From assembly GCF_009914755.1 (NCBI RefSeq), contig NC_060941.1: a stretch of DNA of 64,000 nucleotides; one strand, written 5' to 3'. Position 1 is the stretch's first letter. The number at the start of each line of letters is the position of its first letter. Positions 26,900-43,075 of the stretch are shown one piece after another. The stretch comes from the human T2T-CHM13v2.0 reference genome, Homo sapiens. The notes under the pieces are model-generated. The model saw only the letters and a list, made by a program, of their open reading frames with translations. It was not told the origin of the DNA and did not search any database. Both the position numbers and the translations under genes were made by a program.

Positions 26900-27305
26900 T
26901 ACAGATTTTAAATGTGAAAATATTTTAGGGCTTTTTCTTTCTGTTAGTATAAGGGAATATGCTCATCACTTATTTACGAAAGAGTCAAACATTGCGGGAA
27001 CATTTAAAAACCAAAGTCGGAATTTCTTCTGCAGAGAAAACAAGGTTTTGCATGATGCTGCACGACTTGCTCTCAGGCTTCTGTCTATTCATAGATAGGT
27101 CCATGCGCCGAGTGCTGCACAGATGGGTCCCCAGTCGGTGGGTCATCCTGTAACCTGCCTTTCTCACTACACAATAGGCTGTGGGTGTTTTTCCATGTCA
27201 ACAAATGTGGAGCTATATCATTATTGATGGCTACTAGCATCCTGTTTCGTAGACTTACCATCATTTATTGAACTCGTTCCTGTTGATGGGGGTTTGAGTT
27301 TGTCA
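26900..27305 (-). mobile_element. Old L1M 3' fragment
   Basis: ctgtaacctgcctttctcact..ttccatgtcaacaaat..accatcatttattgaac..cctgttgatggg. Confidence 0.6.
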
Positions 27306-27859
27306 TTTACACTTCCCCACCTAACTCTCCTTCCTGTCAAGTAGAACAGAAACTCATTTTAAGCATTCAAGGGAATCTCTCAGAATTCAATTGCAGAAAG
27401 CATAGACACCTCTCTTCTCTCTTGCTCTCTCCCACACTCTCCACTTGAATGGTCTCCCATCTCCGCTTTTTCCTGAGCATCATTTAATTCTTCCTGCTCC
27501 TCATCACAGGCCCTGGCCTGTCAAGTGCACGCACATACACGATCATGGCTCCTGAGTCTACGCAGCCTTTACATTTGCTCCCCAGTGACCACACTGTTCA
27601 CTCACAACTCTGATGCAGATCAGCCTCTGCCTCCACCATCTTCTCGGATGGATGGCAAAGGTTACACCCATTCCAGCAGGACTCAGGGAAGGTGCAAACA
27701 CAACACACACACACACCATTGCCAGTGGCAACAGCATCAAAAGAGAACCTCAGAGAAGGTCCAGGGACAAGACCCTACCTACCGACTATGGCAATGTGAC
27801 CACAGTGGCTCCACCGTGACCTGGCAGCCATGAGGACTGGTGGTGAGGACATCAGCTCT

Positions 27860-28030
27860 AGTATCTCACAGACCTGGGTTTAATCTCCCCACTGTCTGAT
27901 CTCAAGCAAGCCACACAAGGGCTCTGAGCCTGCTTCCCTATCTGTAAAATGGGGGTAACACTCGCTGACTTGGAGGGTTCATTTGAGGTGCCACCACTGT
28001 AGTGATTTGCTGGCACGGGTGCTTCGGCGG
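27860..28030 (+). mobile_element. MIR
   Basis: ctctgagcctgcttccctatctgtaaaatgggggtaac. Confidence 0.7.
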
Positions 28031-28244
28031 GGAGGAACAAATGGCAGCTGCCATCACTCTCGCAACTATGATGGATGTGCAGTATTCTGCCTCCCATGGA
28101 AAAGTCCACAGAGGAGCAGAAGATTCAGGAACCTGCCAGCTAGGCTGGACGAACTGGGGCCTAAGTAATGACAAGAATAGAGGCCACCATGTGTTGAGTG
28201 CCCAGGACTTGATTAACTTATTTCTCACATAAACCCCCATGAGG

Positions 28245-28748
28245 CACCAACTAGGAAATAGAAACCACTCTGAGTCCTTAAAATAGAGGGAACTTCATGC
28301 AGGAAATTGGCTTTCTTGGTGACAGAAGAGCAAAGAAGCCATATAAGGATAGTGAGAGGGCCCAGAGATGAGCAATAGGAAGAAACCACCACCCCTCCCC
28401 CCTAGGCACAGCTGGGCATTTGGCTCTGGGGTCACCCGGAAGCTGGAATCACAGCATCCCTGTCCAGCAGAAGTCAGAGTCCTGAAGGAGAAGTAACTGC
28501 TTCTAGAAAGTAGGCCCAAGGCAGAGAGAGAGAGAAAGAAGAAACCCTCTGGCTCCTCTCTTACTCTACCCCCCAACCTCCTGCCAATGCCTCCTACTGG
28601 TAAAACTCTGCTGGAGACCAGATGTCACAGGAGCCTGCAAACACAGCCTGAAAGGGTCAGCCTCCCCAACCCCCTGCCGCCACTTTGATGCAGAGCAAGG
28701 AAAAGGCATAGAATGGATATCAAAGCAAATAGGCCCAGGACCAGCACA
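28245..28748 (-). mobile_element. ERVL LTR (LTR41/LTR33 group) inserted in a MIR
   Basis: aggaaatagaaaccactct..agagggaacttcatgcaggaaattgg..cccagagatgagcaa..ccagcaca; MIR pieces on both sides. Confidence 0.65.
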
Positions 28749-28944
28749 GGCACCTTTCTCATCCCCACTTACACATGAAGAAGCACAGAAAAGTTAAGCA
28801 ACTTGCCCAAGATCAAACAGCTGATCTTGGAGAGGGAAGCCTGTCCCCTGAGCCCACAATCTTAACTGCAATGTTATAGCACCTCCCCTAGAGCTGTCTC
28901 AGCTCTTGGCTTTCTCTTACTTTTCTCAGTCGTTCATCCTTTCT

Positions 28945-28961
28945 CTTTTTTTTTTTTTTTT

Positions 28962-28992
<31 letters not shown>
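28945..28992. repeat. Poly-T/(TTTC)n
   Basis: Directly visible. Confidence 0.9.
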
Positions 28993-29512
28993 GGCACAGA
29001 CAGCATTGCTGGGGCAGGCACAGGGCTTTGGGGTTTCAGCTTCAGCTTTGCTACTGATGATCTGGGTAAAGTTACTTAATCTGGTCCATCAACATGTATT
29101 TATTGAGTACCTACTATATGTTGGTTTCCCTCCAAGCCTCTGTTTTCTCATCTGGACAATTGGTATAATGATATAAGTTAGTCAAGCAGAGACAGCAAGG
29201 TGACTGCATACAGTATTATTACATTTGTTCCAAAAAATGCTGCTGCTCCCACTCTTCCCTCTTTCCTGCCTTTTTGTTCCTGCCAAAGCTTTAGGTTTTC
29301 CTTGCCAGACTCACTGCTCATCTCTGCTGGTGGTTCTTGGAGCAGATGTCACTGGCTCCTATTGGAGCTAATCCCCCAGAGGAGCAACACACCCCCACCC
29401 CGTGTCACCTCCTGCCCTCCAGGCCAGCTCTACCTCTGTCAGCACCTCAGTGCCCCAAACTGGAAAGTGGGTTGAGGGGATAATGCCCAGCTGTCTCCCA
29501 GCTTGGCCACAA

Positions 29513-29578
29513 GGAGGAGGAAGAGGGTGCGGACGGAGGAGGAAGAGGGTGCGGACGGAGGAGGAAGAAGTTGTGGAC
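29513..29578. repeat. 22-bp tandem repeat, two perfect copies plus one diverged
   Basis: ggaggaggaagagggtgcggac x2, then ggaggaggaagaagttgtggac. Confidence 0.9.
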
Positions 29579-30139
29579 AGAGGAGCAAGAGGGAAACTCT
29601 TTGTAAGTGTGAAAAAGCATTTAAAATATTTAATAGCATGAGCAACACCAGTAATAGCTTTGGGCAGCAGAATTTGGTGTTTGTTTACTTTCACTGCTCC
29701 CAGACATCCTGCTGCTTTGTACAGGAAGGAAATAAATAGATGCAGGGCACATTCATGCAGAATCCATCAGCCAGGCAGAGTGATGTGATCTGTTCTCAGA
29801 ACAAGTCACGGTGAGAAGACATGGCCAGCTGGTCTAAGCCCCTACCCCACATGCTCCCCAACACCCCCACCCTGCACCCCACATACCTACTTTCACCTGC
29901 CTCTGGCCTCCCTGCAGCCCTGATGTCAGGCACCCAGGAGTTTGTTTCGGAAGCCATGTATATTCCATATGCCCAATGTATACTCCCCTGTAGGACCAGG
30001 GGAAGCCCATCCAGCCTGCCAGCTTGTATGAGATAGTGAAATTGGAAAGACCACTATGTCTCCTACAAGCACTGCAGCCCTGGCAAGATCTGTTACCCTG
30101 AGCCTCAGCCTCCTCCTCTGCAAAACAGAGAAAGAAGGA

Positions 30140-30575
30140 TTTGGTGGGTTGTAGGAAACAGAAGATGCAGGGTAGGGTGGGTTTGAAGAGAACTTCATGA
30201 AGGAACTGTTTATGGAGGTGGGAGCAGGGCTAAGGGACCCAATGTGGGATGCTGAGACGCCCAAGGACTAGATAATGTAAAGCTGTTACCTCCCTCAGGG
30301 CTGAGAGGCCACCAGCTCTTGCTGGTGACAGGGAGGGACCCACCGCTAAGAGCTGTCACTGTGAGAGACACAGAGCTGTGGCATAGACGGGGCAGAAAGG
30401 AAATACCCCAACCTCTCTTCTCGCCCTCTGATTTCCTAATAGTATCTCCCCTTGGACAAGCCCAAAAGGAAGCCAGAGGGCAAGCTAGCCCAGTTAATGT
30501 GGTCTATAAGGGTCCAGCCTCCCCTGCATAGAAGGAAGGGCAAAGCATGGATCTGGAAGGGGAACAGCCATCACA
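30140..30575 (-). mobile_element. LTR33-like ERVL LTR within a MIR
   Basis: aaggaactgtttatggaggtgggagcaggg..ggaagccagagggcaag..ggatctggaagggg. Confidence 0.6.
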
Positions 30576-30766
30576 CCCTCTCAAAGCATGTCCATTAAGT
30601 GAAACACTTGGCACAGTGCCTGCCCATAGTAAGCACTCAGTGCATTCTGGTTCCTGTTGTCATCATTGTCAATTGCATTGTTTGGCATGAAAACTGCCTC
30701 TTCCCTACAGCTCTGTTCTTCTGTTCCCTCTTCCTCCAGTCTAGGGAATTAACTTGGGTATCCCTT

Positions 30767-31143
30767 TGAGGCAGGAGAATAGGGTCTGGAGACAGGAAGC
30801 CTTCACTTCAGCCTCTGATTGGTCGTGGGCCAATTCTTCATTTGCATAGGGCTGATTTTTCATGGGCCCAGTCTTCATTTGCATAGGGTGTAACTTTACT
30901 TCAGCCTCCAATAGGGTGAAACCAATAAGAAATCTCTAAAAGGTACTTAAAGATTTTGCAACCCGTGCTCCTGAGCTGCTCGCTTGAGCCCGCTCCCACT
31001 CTGTGGAGTATATTTTCACATCAATAAATCTGTGCTTTTGTTGCTTCATTCTTTCGTTGCTTTGTTTGTGCATTTTGTCCAATTCCTTGTTCAATGCACC
31101 AAGAACCTGGATGACTCATAGTCAAGACCCTCCACTGGCAATA
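30767..31143 (+). mobile_element. MER51-family ERV1 solo LTR, internally deleted
   Basis: tgaggcaggagaatagggtctggag start; aataaa; gtcaagaccctccactggcaata end; 4-bp TSD cctt. Confidence 0.85.
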
Positions 31144-31429
31144 CCTTGTCTTCTTAGGGAGGAAAAATAAAGATGACAACATTCAGCTCCATTCTAATGA
31201 TCAAATCTCATCTCTGGTCTCACTTTACAGAGTTTATTAGGGTGCTAGGGACAAAGGGAGCTGAGACACCAAGTGCTCCTTTATCCTCACCAAAGCCTTA
31301 CTTAGAACCCTTTGCTCAGAATTGATTTATTGATTCCATTTGATTTGTCAAGGAATCAAGGAAATCAATCAGCATTGACTGAGCGCCTATGCTGTCCCCT
31401 GCACATTCTATGCTCATACCCGATTCAGC

Positions 31430-31740
31430 TTAGTAGTTAAGGGCATTCACTTTGGAGCCAGGCCAATCTTAGGCCAGCTAGTAAACTTCTCTAGCCTCCG
31501 TTTCGTCCCTGCAAAAATAAGCCTGCTGCCATCCTGCACGCTGCTGTGAGGATAGTTGGAGAAGGCCTGGCACAGAGAAGACCTTCCATAACCTGTCGGT
31601 GCAGGTGTGACAGATGAAGAAATGAGCATCAGAATACACAAGGGATTTTCCCTGGACCCACACTAGCAAGCTGCTCTTGAACCCAGGTTTGCCTTGGCCC
31701 AAAGCCAGTGGCATTCTGCTCTGCACCCCACATTGTCTCT
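31430..31740. mobile_element. Two MIR fragments in opposite orientation
   Basis: gcctccgtttcgtccctgcaaaaat...gtgaggat, then acagatgaagaaatgag...ttgaacccagg. Confidence 0.6.
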
Positions 31741-31942
31741 CCCAGTCGACTTATCCCCATCAGCAGATAGGTGCAGTGTTTCAAAGAAACCAAAAACATT
31801 TTCTTCCTTCTTGGTTTGAGAACATATTCTGTATTTTTATTTTTCTGGGAATTATTCTGTTGTTACGGACAGATGGGAACATGGGTGTGCAGCCATTGGC
31901 CTCTGTGGATGGCAGCTGTGGACGCAGCTCAGAAAAACATAG

Positions 31943-32371
<429 letters not shown>

Positions 32372-32569
32372 TGAAATGGCCAGCCTTGGGTTTTGAGTCA
32401 GGACCCTGGGAACCCCAGCCCTATTCCTGGCCCACCAGTAACCCAAAGCTGCTCACTTCCCCAGGTCCCATCCTACAGATCTAGAAAGTAGAGCCTTTTC
32501 TCTCTTGAAAGGCTATAGGATGAAGTCAAGTCATCCAAAAGTCTGGGATCCAGGAAGTCCATGTTGTGG

Positions 32570-32790
32570 GTGATTCCAAAATGAGCTTTGGAGTCAGCTA
32601 GACTTGGGTGTGAGTCCTGAGGTGAACTTTATTCTATGTGACCTTGGGCAACTTTCTTCATCCTTCTGGTCCTCAGTTTCCCCATCGGTGAAACAGAGGT
32701 AATAAGGTATAACTCCCGGTGTCGTTAGGAGGGTGCAGTGAAGTCAGGGCTTGGGGGAGACTTCACACACTGCTGGGAGGTGCATTTAGG
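32570..32790 (+). mobile_element. MIR
   Basis: gtgaccttgggcaac...cctcagtttccccatcggtgaaac. Confidence 0.75.
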
Positions 32791-33599
32791 GACAGGGCCT
32801 CAGGGAGCAAAAGCCATCCTCTCCTGCCACTCAGGCCGGGGCTGCCAAGAGCAGCTTCCCAGGGCTCTTTAGGCCGAGGCCAGGCTCCTGTCTGCTGGCC
32901 TCAAGTCTGAGGGCCTTTCTTGCCTGGGTTTCCTGTTGTCCTCTTTTACTCTTTTAAAGAAAAGAAAAGAAGCATCCTTCCTCTGGAGACCTTTGTCCTG
33001 AAGCTAGCCGGGGAATGCTAGAGACAGTCAGTCCATGCTGAGTGTGTTGAGCCACTTTCTGGGTTTAAAAAAATATGTTATTGTTTACCTAACAGTTCTT
33101 CTGTGAGAAATGGGTGTCTGTTCCTTTAAACAGAGCACAGGGCAGACAGAGTGGCTCCGGGGTTGTTTGCAGCAGAGAGGAGGGGGAGGGAGAAGGAAGG
33201 CATCCTGTTGTTGAGTAGAAATGACAGAGGCCAATGGACAGACAGACAGACAGCAGAGGGAGAGGTCAGCAGAGACCCAAGCAGTGGAGCTCAGCTGTTT
33301 TTTTTTTTTTCTATTAAGAATTTGCTTTTTCAGAAAGAAAAAATTTACGGTTTTTTTTTTTCTTTTGGCCTGTATTTTGCCAGTCTAACCCAAGATACTA
33401 CTGGTTTACTTAAGACCAGGGAATCCTTTTCACCTGAACTTTGCTGGGGGATGGCATTTCAATGTTAAAAAAAAAGGGGGGGGGTCCTGACAGCCTCAAC
33501 TCATTAAACTTTGTGCAGAAGGTGTTGTGAGCTTTTCCTAAATTCAGCACTTGGGAATAGAAATCAGGAATAACCCATCTTAATAGTTACTGAATGGCC

Positions 33600-33790
33600 A
33601 TGCTTTTCCTACATTATCTCCAATCATCCCAACATCCCTGCCAGAGAGGTTTATGCATCCCCATTTTACAGATATGGAAACTGAGGCTCAGGCACATTAA
33701 GAGCGTGCTCAAGCTTAGGAAGATACATAGGAGGCAAGTAGCGGGCTGAGGTTTCACCGTGAGTCTTTCCAACATGCCCCACTGCCTCCT
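33600..33790 (-). mobile_element. MIR
   Basis: atccccattttacagatatggaaactgaggctcag. Confidence 0.8.
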
Positions 33791-34189
33791 TCGTGAACTC
33801 AACAACAGGTCCAGTGGGGCACGAAAGGGGAGAGGAGAGAGGCAGGGTGGACTTCCTGGCTGTGTGATTTGCCAGCCTCTAGTATAAATACTTCTAGCAA
33901 CCCCTTGGCTCTTTAGGGTTCTCCAGCAACAAGGAACAAGCCCAAGATTGTAAACTCCCAAGAGTGGGTCTAATTCAACCACCACCATTGTCAGCAACGT
34001 TACAGAGCACTTTAAAAATTTAAGAGGCATTTTGTCAATTGCCACATCAGACTGTGTGACTCTCCTGCTGACATTTAGGAGGTGGCCCCCAAGCTCCTGC
34101 ATGATTTGGTCTCTGCCTCCTCCAGTCCCATCTCCTTGCTCTCACCCTTGCTCACTATGCTGTCCATAAATCTCTCAGTTCCTCAAACA

Positions 34190-34318
34190 TGATGCTACTG
34201 GCATCACCTAGGAGTGGGTTGGAAATTCAGGAGTTCTGCCCCACTCCAGAACTACTGAGACAGAGTCTGCCTTTTAATAAGACCCCCAGGTGCACAGTGA
34301 AGTGTGAGAAGCAGCACT
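34190..34318. mobile_element. MER5A-type (hAT-Charlie) within an L2
   Basis: ggcatcacctagg..gccccactccagaactactga..ttttaataagacccccaggtg..tgagaagc. Confidence 0.65.
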
Positions 34319-34382
34319 CTTGCACATTCAGCTTTTCCACCTCGGGACCTTTGCACATGCAGCTCTCTCTGCCTAGAACACT

Positions 34383-34384
<2 letters not shown>

Positions 34385-34420
<36 letters not shown>

Positions 34421-34701
34421 AGACAGAGTCTTGCTCTGTCGCCAGGCTGGAATGCAGTGGTGCAATCTCAGCTCACCGCAACATCCACCCTCCCGGGTTC
34501 AAGTGATTCTCCTGCCTCAGCCTCCCGAGTAGCTGGGACTACAGGCATGCGCCACTACGCCCAGCTAATTTTTTTGTATTTTTAGTAGAGACGGGGTTTC
34601 ACCATGTTGGCCAGGATGGTTTCCATCTCTTGACCTCATGATCTGCCCGCCTCAGCCTCCCAAAGTGCTAGGATTACAGGCGTGAGCCACCGCGCCCAGC
34701 C
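34385..34701 (-). mobile_element. AluSc-like with a 35-nt pure poly-T
   Basis: gtcgccaggctgg and ggatggtttccatctcttgacctc diagnostics; TSD acactcc. Confidence 0.9.
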
Positions 34702-35409
34702 ACACTCCTTTTTTTAAATCTTGAACTCTGAGATTCATATGTCCTGAGCTCATAATGTCACTTCCTCTGAAAAGTCCCCCTTGACCTTCCAATAAAGTTA
34801 TTTTTTCTTAAGAGTCCAGTTCTTTTCTTTCATAGCACCTATTGCAGTGTGTAATTACATACCGACTTACTGAATGTCTGTCTCCATGAAGGCTGAGGCC
34901 ATGACTCACTTGCTTACCACGGACATAGTAGAAGCTGCACAGACACATGCTGAAGGAATAAGCATGGTGCTGTTTCTATGCAGCATCAAAAGAGAAGTTC
35001 ACAGACAGTGTGCACTGGGTATCTCTAGGCATTTGGTCTCTGCATGAGGCATTTGGTCTCTACAGGCATTTTTATTCAGTTTCACCAAATGTTCACTGAG
35101 TGCTATTATGTATCTGGAGGTGGAGTCATATGTGTAAGGAGGCCTGGTGTGACAAAGTGGATCCTAGAATTTGGTGTAGCGACTCAGTTGTCTTGTTCAG
35201 TGGACAAGGTTGGGGGCTGAATGAAATAGCCCAGGAAGTGTACATTTCTGGTGATTACAGGAACGAACCCTCAGAAGGTGGGAAAGGAAATTAACATTTC
35301 CTACCCCCCACATCTGGGCCAGGCACCTACACGGTTAGCAAGTGTCAAAGAGGGATTTCAAATCCACTAGAATAGCATATGAATTGCTTAACTAAAACCT
35401 ATGCCTTTT

Positions 35410-35725
35410 GCCTTTTGTTTTAAGTAAAATTAAGAATGCACACAGTTAAAAAATAAGATAAATATAGAAGTGTTTCATCCCTTGCCACCCTTAGTTCCAT
35501 ACTCCAAAGATAACTACTTTTTATCTCTTTTATTTGTTTCTTCTGGTAGCTGATTTCAAATCTCTGAGTATTTTTATTTACCTGTTTCTTGATTTGTTAA
35601 TTTTATATAGTGGTTATTAATTCTTTCTTATGACATCAGGAAGCAAATTTTACTGTTTTACATCACTCTCACCTCCTTTATTTGCCCCAAATAATTATAT
35701 CACTATTATATTTGCAAATATAAGT
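35410..35725 (-). mobile_element. Old L1M fragment
   Basis: AT-rich; ccatactccaaagataactactttt..tttcttctggtag. Confidence 0.5.
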
Positions 35726-38037
<2,312 letters not shown>

Positions 38038-38140
38038 TGAGCCTCAGTTTCCTCATCAGCAAAGGGGAATAACCCTTATCCCATAGGAATGTTGTGAGGG
38101 TCAAATAAAATAATGGTAAGGCACAATATAAATGTTTATT
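38038..38140 (+). mobile_element. MIR 3' half fused to the truncated LTR
   Basis: tgagcctcagtttcctcatcagcaaagggg...gttgtgagggtcaaat. Confidence 0.8.
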
Positions 38141-38319
38141 GTTAGGGGAAAGTGAAAATTTACAGCAGCAGACAGGATGGGTAACCAGGGAAGGCAAAGA
38201 ATTGGAAAAGCCTTTTTCAGCATTTTGAAAATAATTAGATGGGCCTGCTCCATGCTAGATTCCCACCATCTCTGGTTCAAGCATCAGCAACATGAATTCT
38301 CATGTCTCTGCAGCAGTAT

Positions 38320-38570
38320 AATAATACCTTACGTTTACATAGTTTGTTAGGCTTGCAACATGCTTTCTCATGCATTATCTTATTGGATTTGAGTCTTCCA
38401 ATATCCCTGAGAGGCAAGGAGTACCAGCATCCAAATTTCCATTTTATAGACAAGGAAATTAAGAGTCAGCATGATGCAAACATGATCAAAATCACAGAGC
38501 TGGGAAGCTCTGAGACCAAGCTCTAGTAGAACTGGAACCAAATCCAAACCTTCTGAGACAGGAAGCTTGT
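38320..38570 (-). mobile_element. MIR
   Basis: ccattttatagacaaggaaattaagagtcag. Confidence 0.6.
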
Positions 38571-38609
38571 CACTGCCCTGCACTGTGATGCCAAGAAAGG
38601 ACATCTCAG

Positions 38610-39123
<514 letters not shown>

Positions 39124-39677
39124 TCATACACCTTCCTGGACCTGGAATGTCTTAATCCAGAGATGGCTAGCTGGAGACCCACTAGGTCAATCAGCATGCC
39201 TGAGAGTTTTGTTCAATAGTAGCTCAGTGTTCTCAGAAGTGCTCTATGTGTCACCATTCAGACATACCTAAACACAGTGGATGCCACCCCATGTAATCTC
39301 TCCACCTCTGTGCTTTTGTCACTCACACAAGGTTCCAGGCCTTAGAAAGGAGCATCTATTGGCTGAGCCTAGAAAGGGCACCTGTGTCTGAGCTGTCAGG
39401 AGCAAAGATAAAGAGGTATTTCTTATTCACCTTCCACAATGGGAAGCAAGATCCTCCATCCCAGGCCACCCTGTGTGACTGTGTATTACACAAAGGTAGG
39501 CTAAAGAGGATACATAGGGGCTGAAACCCAGCCTACTTCTGCTCTTCGAGTCCTGTGTCCTGGCCCAGGGCTTGGTACATGGAGCTTGTACTGAATTTTA
39601 GGCTCCAGCTACCCTCTCAGCTGAGCACTCTTGTGCAGTGTACAATCTGCAGAAGCAAACATGGCAGCCCTGCTTCC

Positions 39678-39857
39678 TCAGAAGAGCTGGCAACGCTAGA
39701 TGCCACTCCCACATAGCAACAATTAGAGGGAGCCCAGTCATAGCTGCCCTTCTGGGACAGGGCGCACACTCCCACATCACCACACTCCCCACCATGCCTA
39801 CCTCACTTGTTTGTGTCACCTGCCAGTCCCCTAAGGCATTTGAGTTTATGACCTGTC
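39678..39857 (-). mobile_element. MER102-type (hAT-Charlie)
   Basis: Reverse strand reads aaactcaaatgccttagggg..ggcaggtgac..attgttgctatgtggga..gttgccag. Confidence 0.7.
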
Positions 39858-40479
39858 TGAAACAATATTTTTTTTTTACATTGGCTTATCCAGGTAATTA
39901 GTTTCATGGTCTATTTCTGAATGGCATTTTTCTTTCCCACCCAACCCCCTTTTCCAGCAGTCCTAGTTAATCTATTTATTTTTACTCTACCTCTTTCTAA
40001 AAATACATACAATACAACACGATTTTTTAAAAGTCAGACTCCTGGTAATCTCTGGAATGTGGGAAAAGCACTCTTACCACAAAGTTATATTAAGAAGTTT
40101 AATTATCAGAAAATTACTGTATAATAAATATATCAAACAGTAAGTATGTACACTGTATATGTACACTGCGAATTCCTGGGCAACCTCAGTCTATAAACCC
40201 ATTCACCTCACCCACAACCTCAACCGACTCTTTATTCTTTTTCTTTGACTGGCACGGGAGACTTTGAGATACACTTGCTTCTGTATGTATAGCCTCCCAC
40301 CTTTTCCAGGACCCACTAGGTATGCTGAGTTTTCCAGGCAGTCATGAGAACTTTGTCAGTTCATCCCAAAGTCTATGATCATTTCTCCTTTCTGTTGGTA
40401 TCAGCCCACTCCCAAATTGTTTGCCATTTACTTTTGTAAGTCCTGTCTTTAAGGAAGCCATGGGGCTCCTGGTTGCTAT

Positions 40480-41640
40480 TGTAGGTTGTCTCAGTCAGCC
40501 ACTACTGTGTAACAAACAACCACAAACATCACAGTGCCGTACAGCAGGAGGTATTTCTCGCTCATGTGCCTGAGGGTCACATGGGGTGGCTTGGCTTCCG
40601 GCCACAGGTCTACAGGTCACCTGGGGCAGCTTTGTTCCAAATACCTTTCATCCTACTGGGCTTATATCGTGTTTTTCTCGTGGCAATGGCAGAAATGCAA
40701 GACAGCAAGCCCTACAGCACAAGCACATTTCAACTCCTGCTCATGTCACCTCCATTAACATCTCATTTGCAAAAACAAGTAAAATGGCAAGGCCCAAAGT
40801 CAAGGGCAGGGAAGTGTGCGTGCCCCCTGGAGATAGGTTGAAGGGGAAGGAGTGAATATCTACAGACAATGGCCACTGTTTGCCCTTTTGGTCACAAATA
40901 TTCACTCCTTTCCCACACGCAAAATACACTCACTGCATCCCTAGGACACTCCAAAAATCTTATCCAATGCTGGTATTGAACTGGAAATCCATGTTCCATG
41001 CCAGATCTCACTGAGGCTTCTCTTGATTTGATAAGGACCCAAAAAATCAAAAAGACAAGTTGTTTTCCATATGTATCCAGGTGCGGTGGAACAGGTGTAG
41101 AATCAGAAAAACACTGCTACTTGGAAAGAAAAGGAATGAGAGTCACTCAGCACTCACTGGGCTGCAGCAATTCTGATGTTCTGCTGGGAATTTTTGGCCA
41201 GGTCCTCCTAATCCAGGAGTTGAGAATTTTCCTTGCCTGGCCCCCTGTTCCACACTCAGTCCTTTCTTCTCTGGGTTCTTGGCTCTGCCCTGTGAGAGGT
41301 TTTCTCTTCCCATCAGCCTTGATCACTTCAAAAGAGCACATCGGAGAATATGACAATGACCATACTCTTAGTCTGCTTCCTGTCTATAAGAAGGTGGGGC
41401 CCCAGAAATTTGTTTTTATCTCCAACAGTTTCATTTTGTTTTAGACAAGCCTGGTGGTAGTTTTGACAGTAAACTCTCTCAAAAATTTTGTGGGTTTTCT
41501 GTGCATTAGATTCCATTCAACTCCAGGCACCAAAAGCACAAAATTCACAATTTCTTGGAGACATGCTTCTCTTTGTCTGTAGACTCACACTCTTAATTTT
41601 TCTATGAGTTCCTTTGTCTAGCTGAAAGGGTACACTGGAC
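40480..41640 (-). mobile_element. MLT1H-type LTR plus MLT1 internal sequence
   Basis: gtgtaacaaacaaccacaaacatcacagtg..caaaacaagt..cccaaagtcaagggcaggga, then cttttggtcacaaatattcac..gcaaaatacactca. Confidence 0.7.
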
Positions 41641-41939
41641 ACTTGCACCTTAACAGGAGCTGCATCCTAGCGGATGTCAGAATCAAAAACTTTAAGGAAA
41701 GCTAGTGCAATTGAGCAAAAAGTTTTACTGAGGGTTTCCTTGTGGCCAAAGGAAAACATAATGAGATGCACAATTAAAATATGCATTCTAGTTTGTTAAT
41801 TGAGGCACCTTTTTTCCTAAGGACCATCAAGTACAGTAAGCAAGATAAAATTCAGATGCAGAAAACTTCCTACAGTGAAGACAACGTCCCACAGGCCTGT
41901 GAGCTCAATAATTACCTTGGGATTAAAAAGAAGGGCCTT

Positions 41940-42247
41940 GCCGGGCACAGGGGCTCACGCCTGTAATCCCAACACTTTGGGAGGCCGAGGCAGGCAGAGC
42001 ACGAGGTCAGGAGATTGAGACTATCCTGGCTAACACAGTGAATCCCATCTCTACTAAAAATACAAAAAATTAGCCAGGCATGGAGTTGGCTGCCTTGCAG
42101 TCCCAGCTACTCAGGAGGCTGAGGCAGGAGAATGGCGTGAACCCCAGAGGCGGAGCATGCAGTGAGCCGAGATCGCACCACTGCACTCTAGCCTGGGCAA
42201 CAGAGCGAGACTCCATCTCACACACAAAAATAAATAAATAAAAATAA
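41940..42247 (+). mobile_element. AluY-like
   Basis: ggagattgagactatcctggctaacac, ggagaatggcgtgaacc; 15-bp TSD aaaaagaagggcctt. Confidence 0.95.
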
Positions 42248-42776
42248 AAAAAGAAGGGCCTTTCAGAGTTCATGAGAACCTCAAGCTAAGGCTTTATATC
42301 CTAAAGGCAGCATTCTATTTTGTGGGGGAGATTGGAAATTGGGATGAGGGAAAAAGAAAAAGCATTCAAAGCATCTTCCAAGAGAGAAAAACTCAAGATT
42401 TACCAAAATGTATTTTATTTTGTTTTTCAAGCTGCAAAAAGCTGAGGAGAATCATAAAATTATTTAGCTTAGTTAACTAGAGAGCAAGGAAGAAGATGTA
42501 TTATTTCAGTTTCATGACTTGTTAATTTGCAGGTTTTATCATTTGTACTCTAACGACTTGGGGATATTACTTGGTCTGATGGCTGAGGGCTGATGCAGAG
42601 ATTTGTTTTTTGAGTGTGTTAGGGAGCCAAGATCCTCGGTACTCCTACATCAGGTTTAGGGAATAGTCAACCACTCTGGCCCACGAGCAAGAGGCTATAA
42701 TGTCTCTTCCAGCCTGGAGGGGCAGGATGCCAGAAAAGGAGAGTTATGACACTAGTAATAGAAAACGTTCGAAAGA

Positions 42777-43075
42777 GGCTGGACGTGGCTCACATCTGTG
42801 ATCCCACCACTTTGGGAGGCAGAGGTGGCAGGACCACTTGAGCCCAGGACTTTGAGACCAGCCTGGGCAACATAGGAAGACCCTGTCTCTACAAAAAATT
42901 TAAAATTAGCTGGGTGTGGTGGTGTGTGCCTTTAATCCCAGCTACTGGGGAGGCTGAGGCAGGAGGATAGCTTGAGCCCAGGAGGTTGAAGCTGCAGTGA
43001 GCCAGGATCACTGCACTCAAGCCTGGGCAACAAAATGAGATCCAGTCTCAAAAAAAACAAAAAGAAGAAAGAAAA
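42777..43075 (+). mobile_element. AluJ
   Basis: cacttgagcccaggactttgagaccagcctgggcaacatag. Confidence 0.9.
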
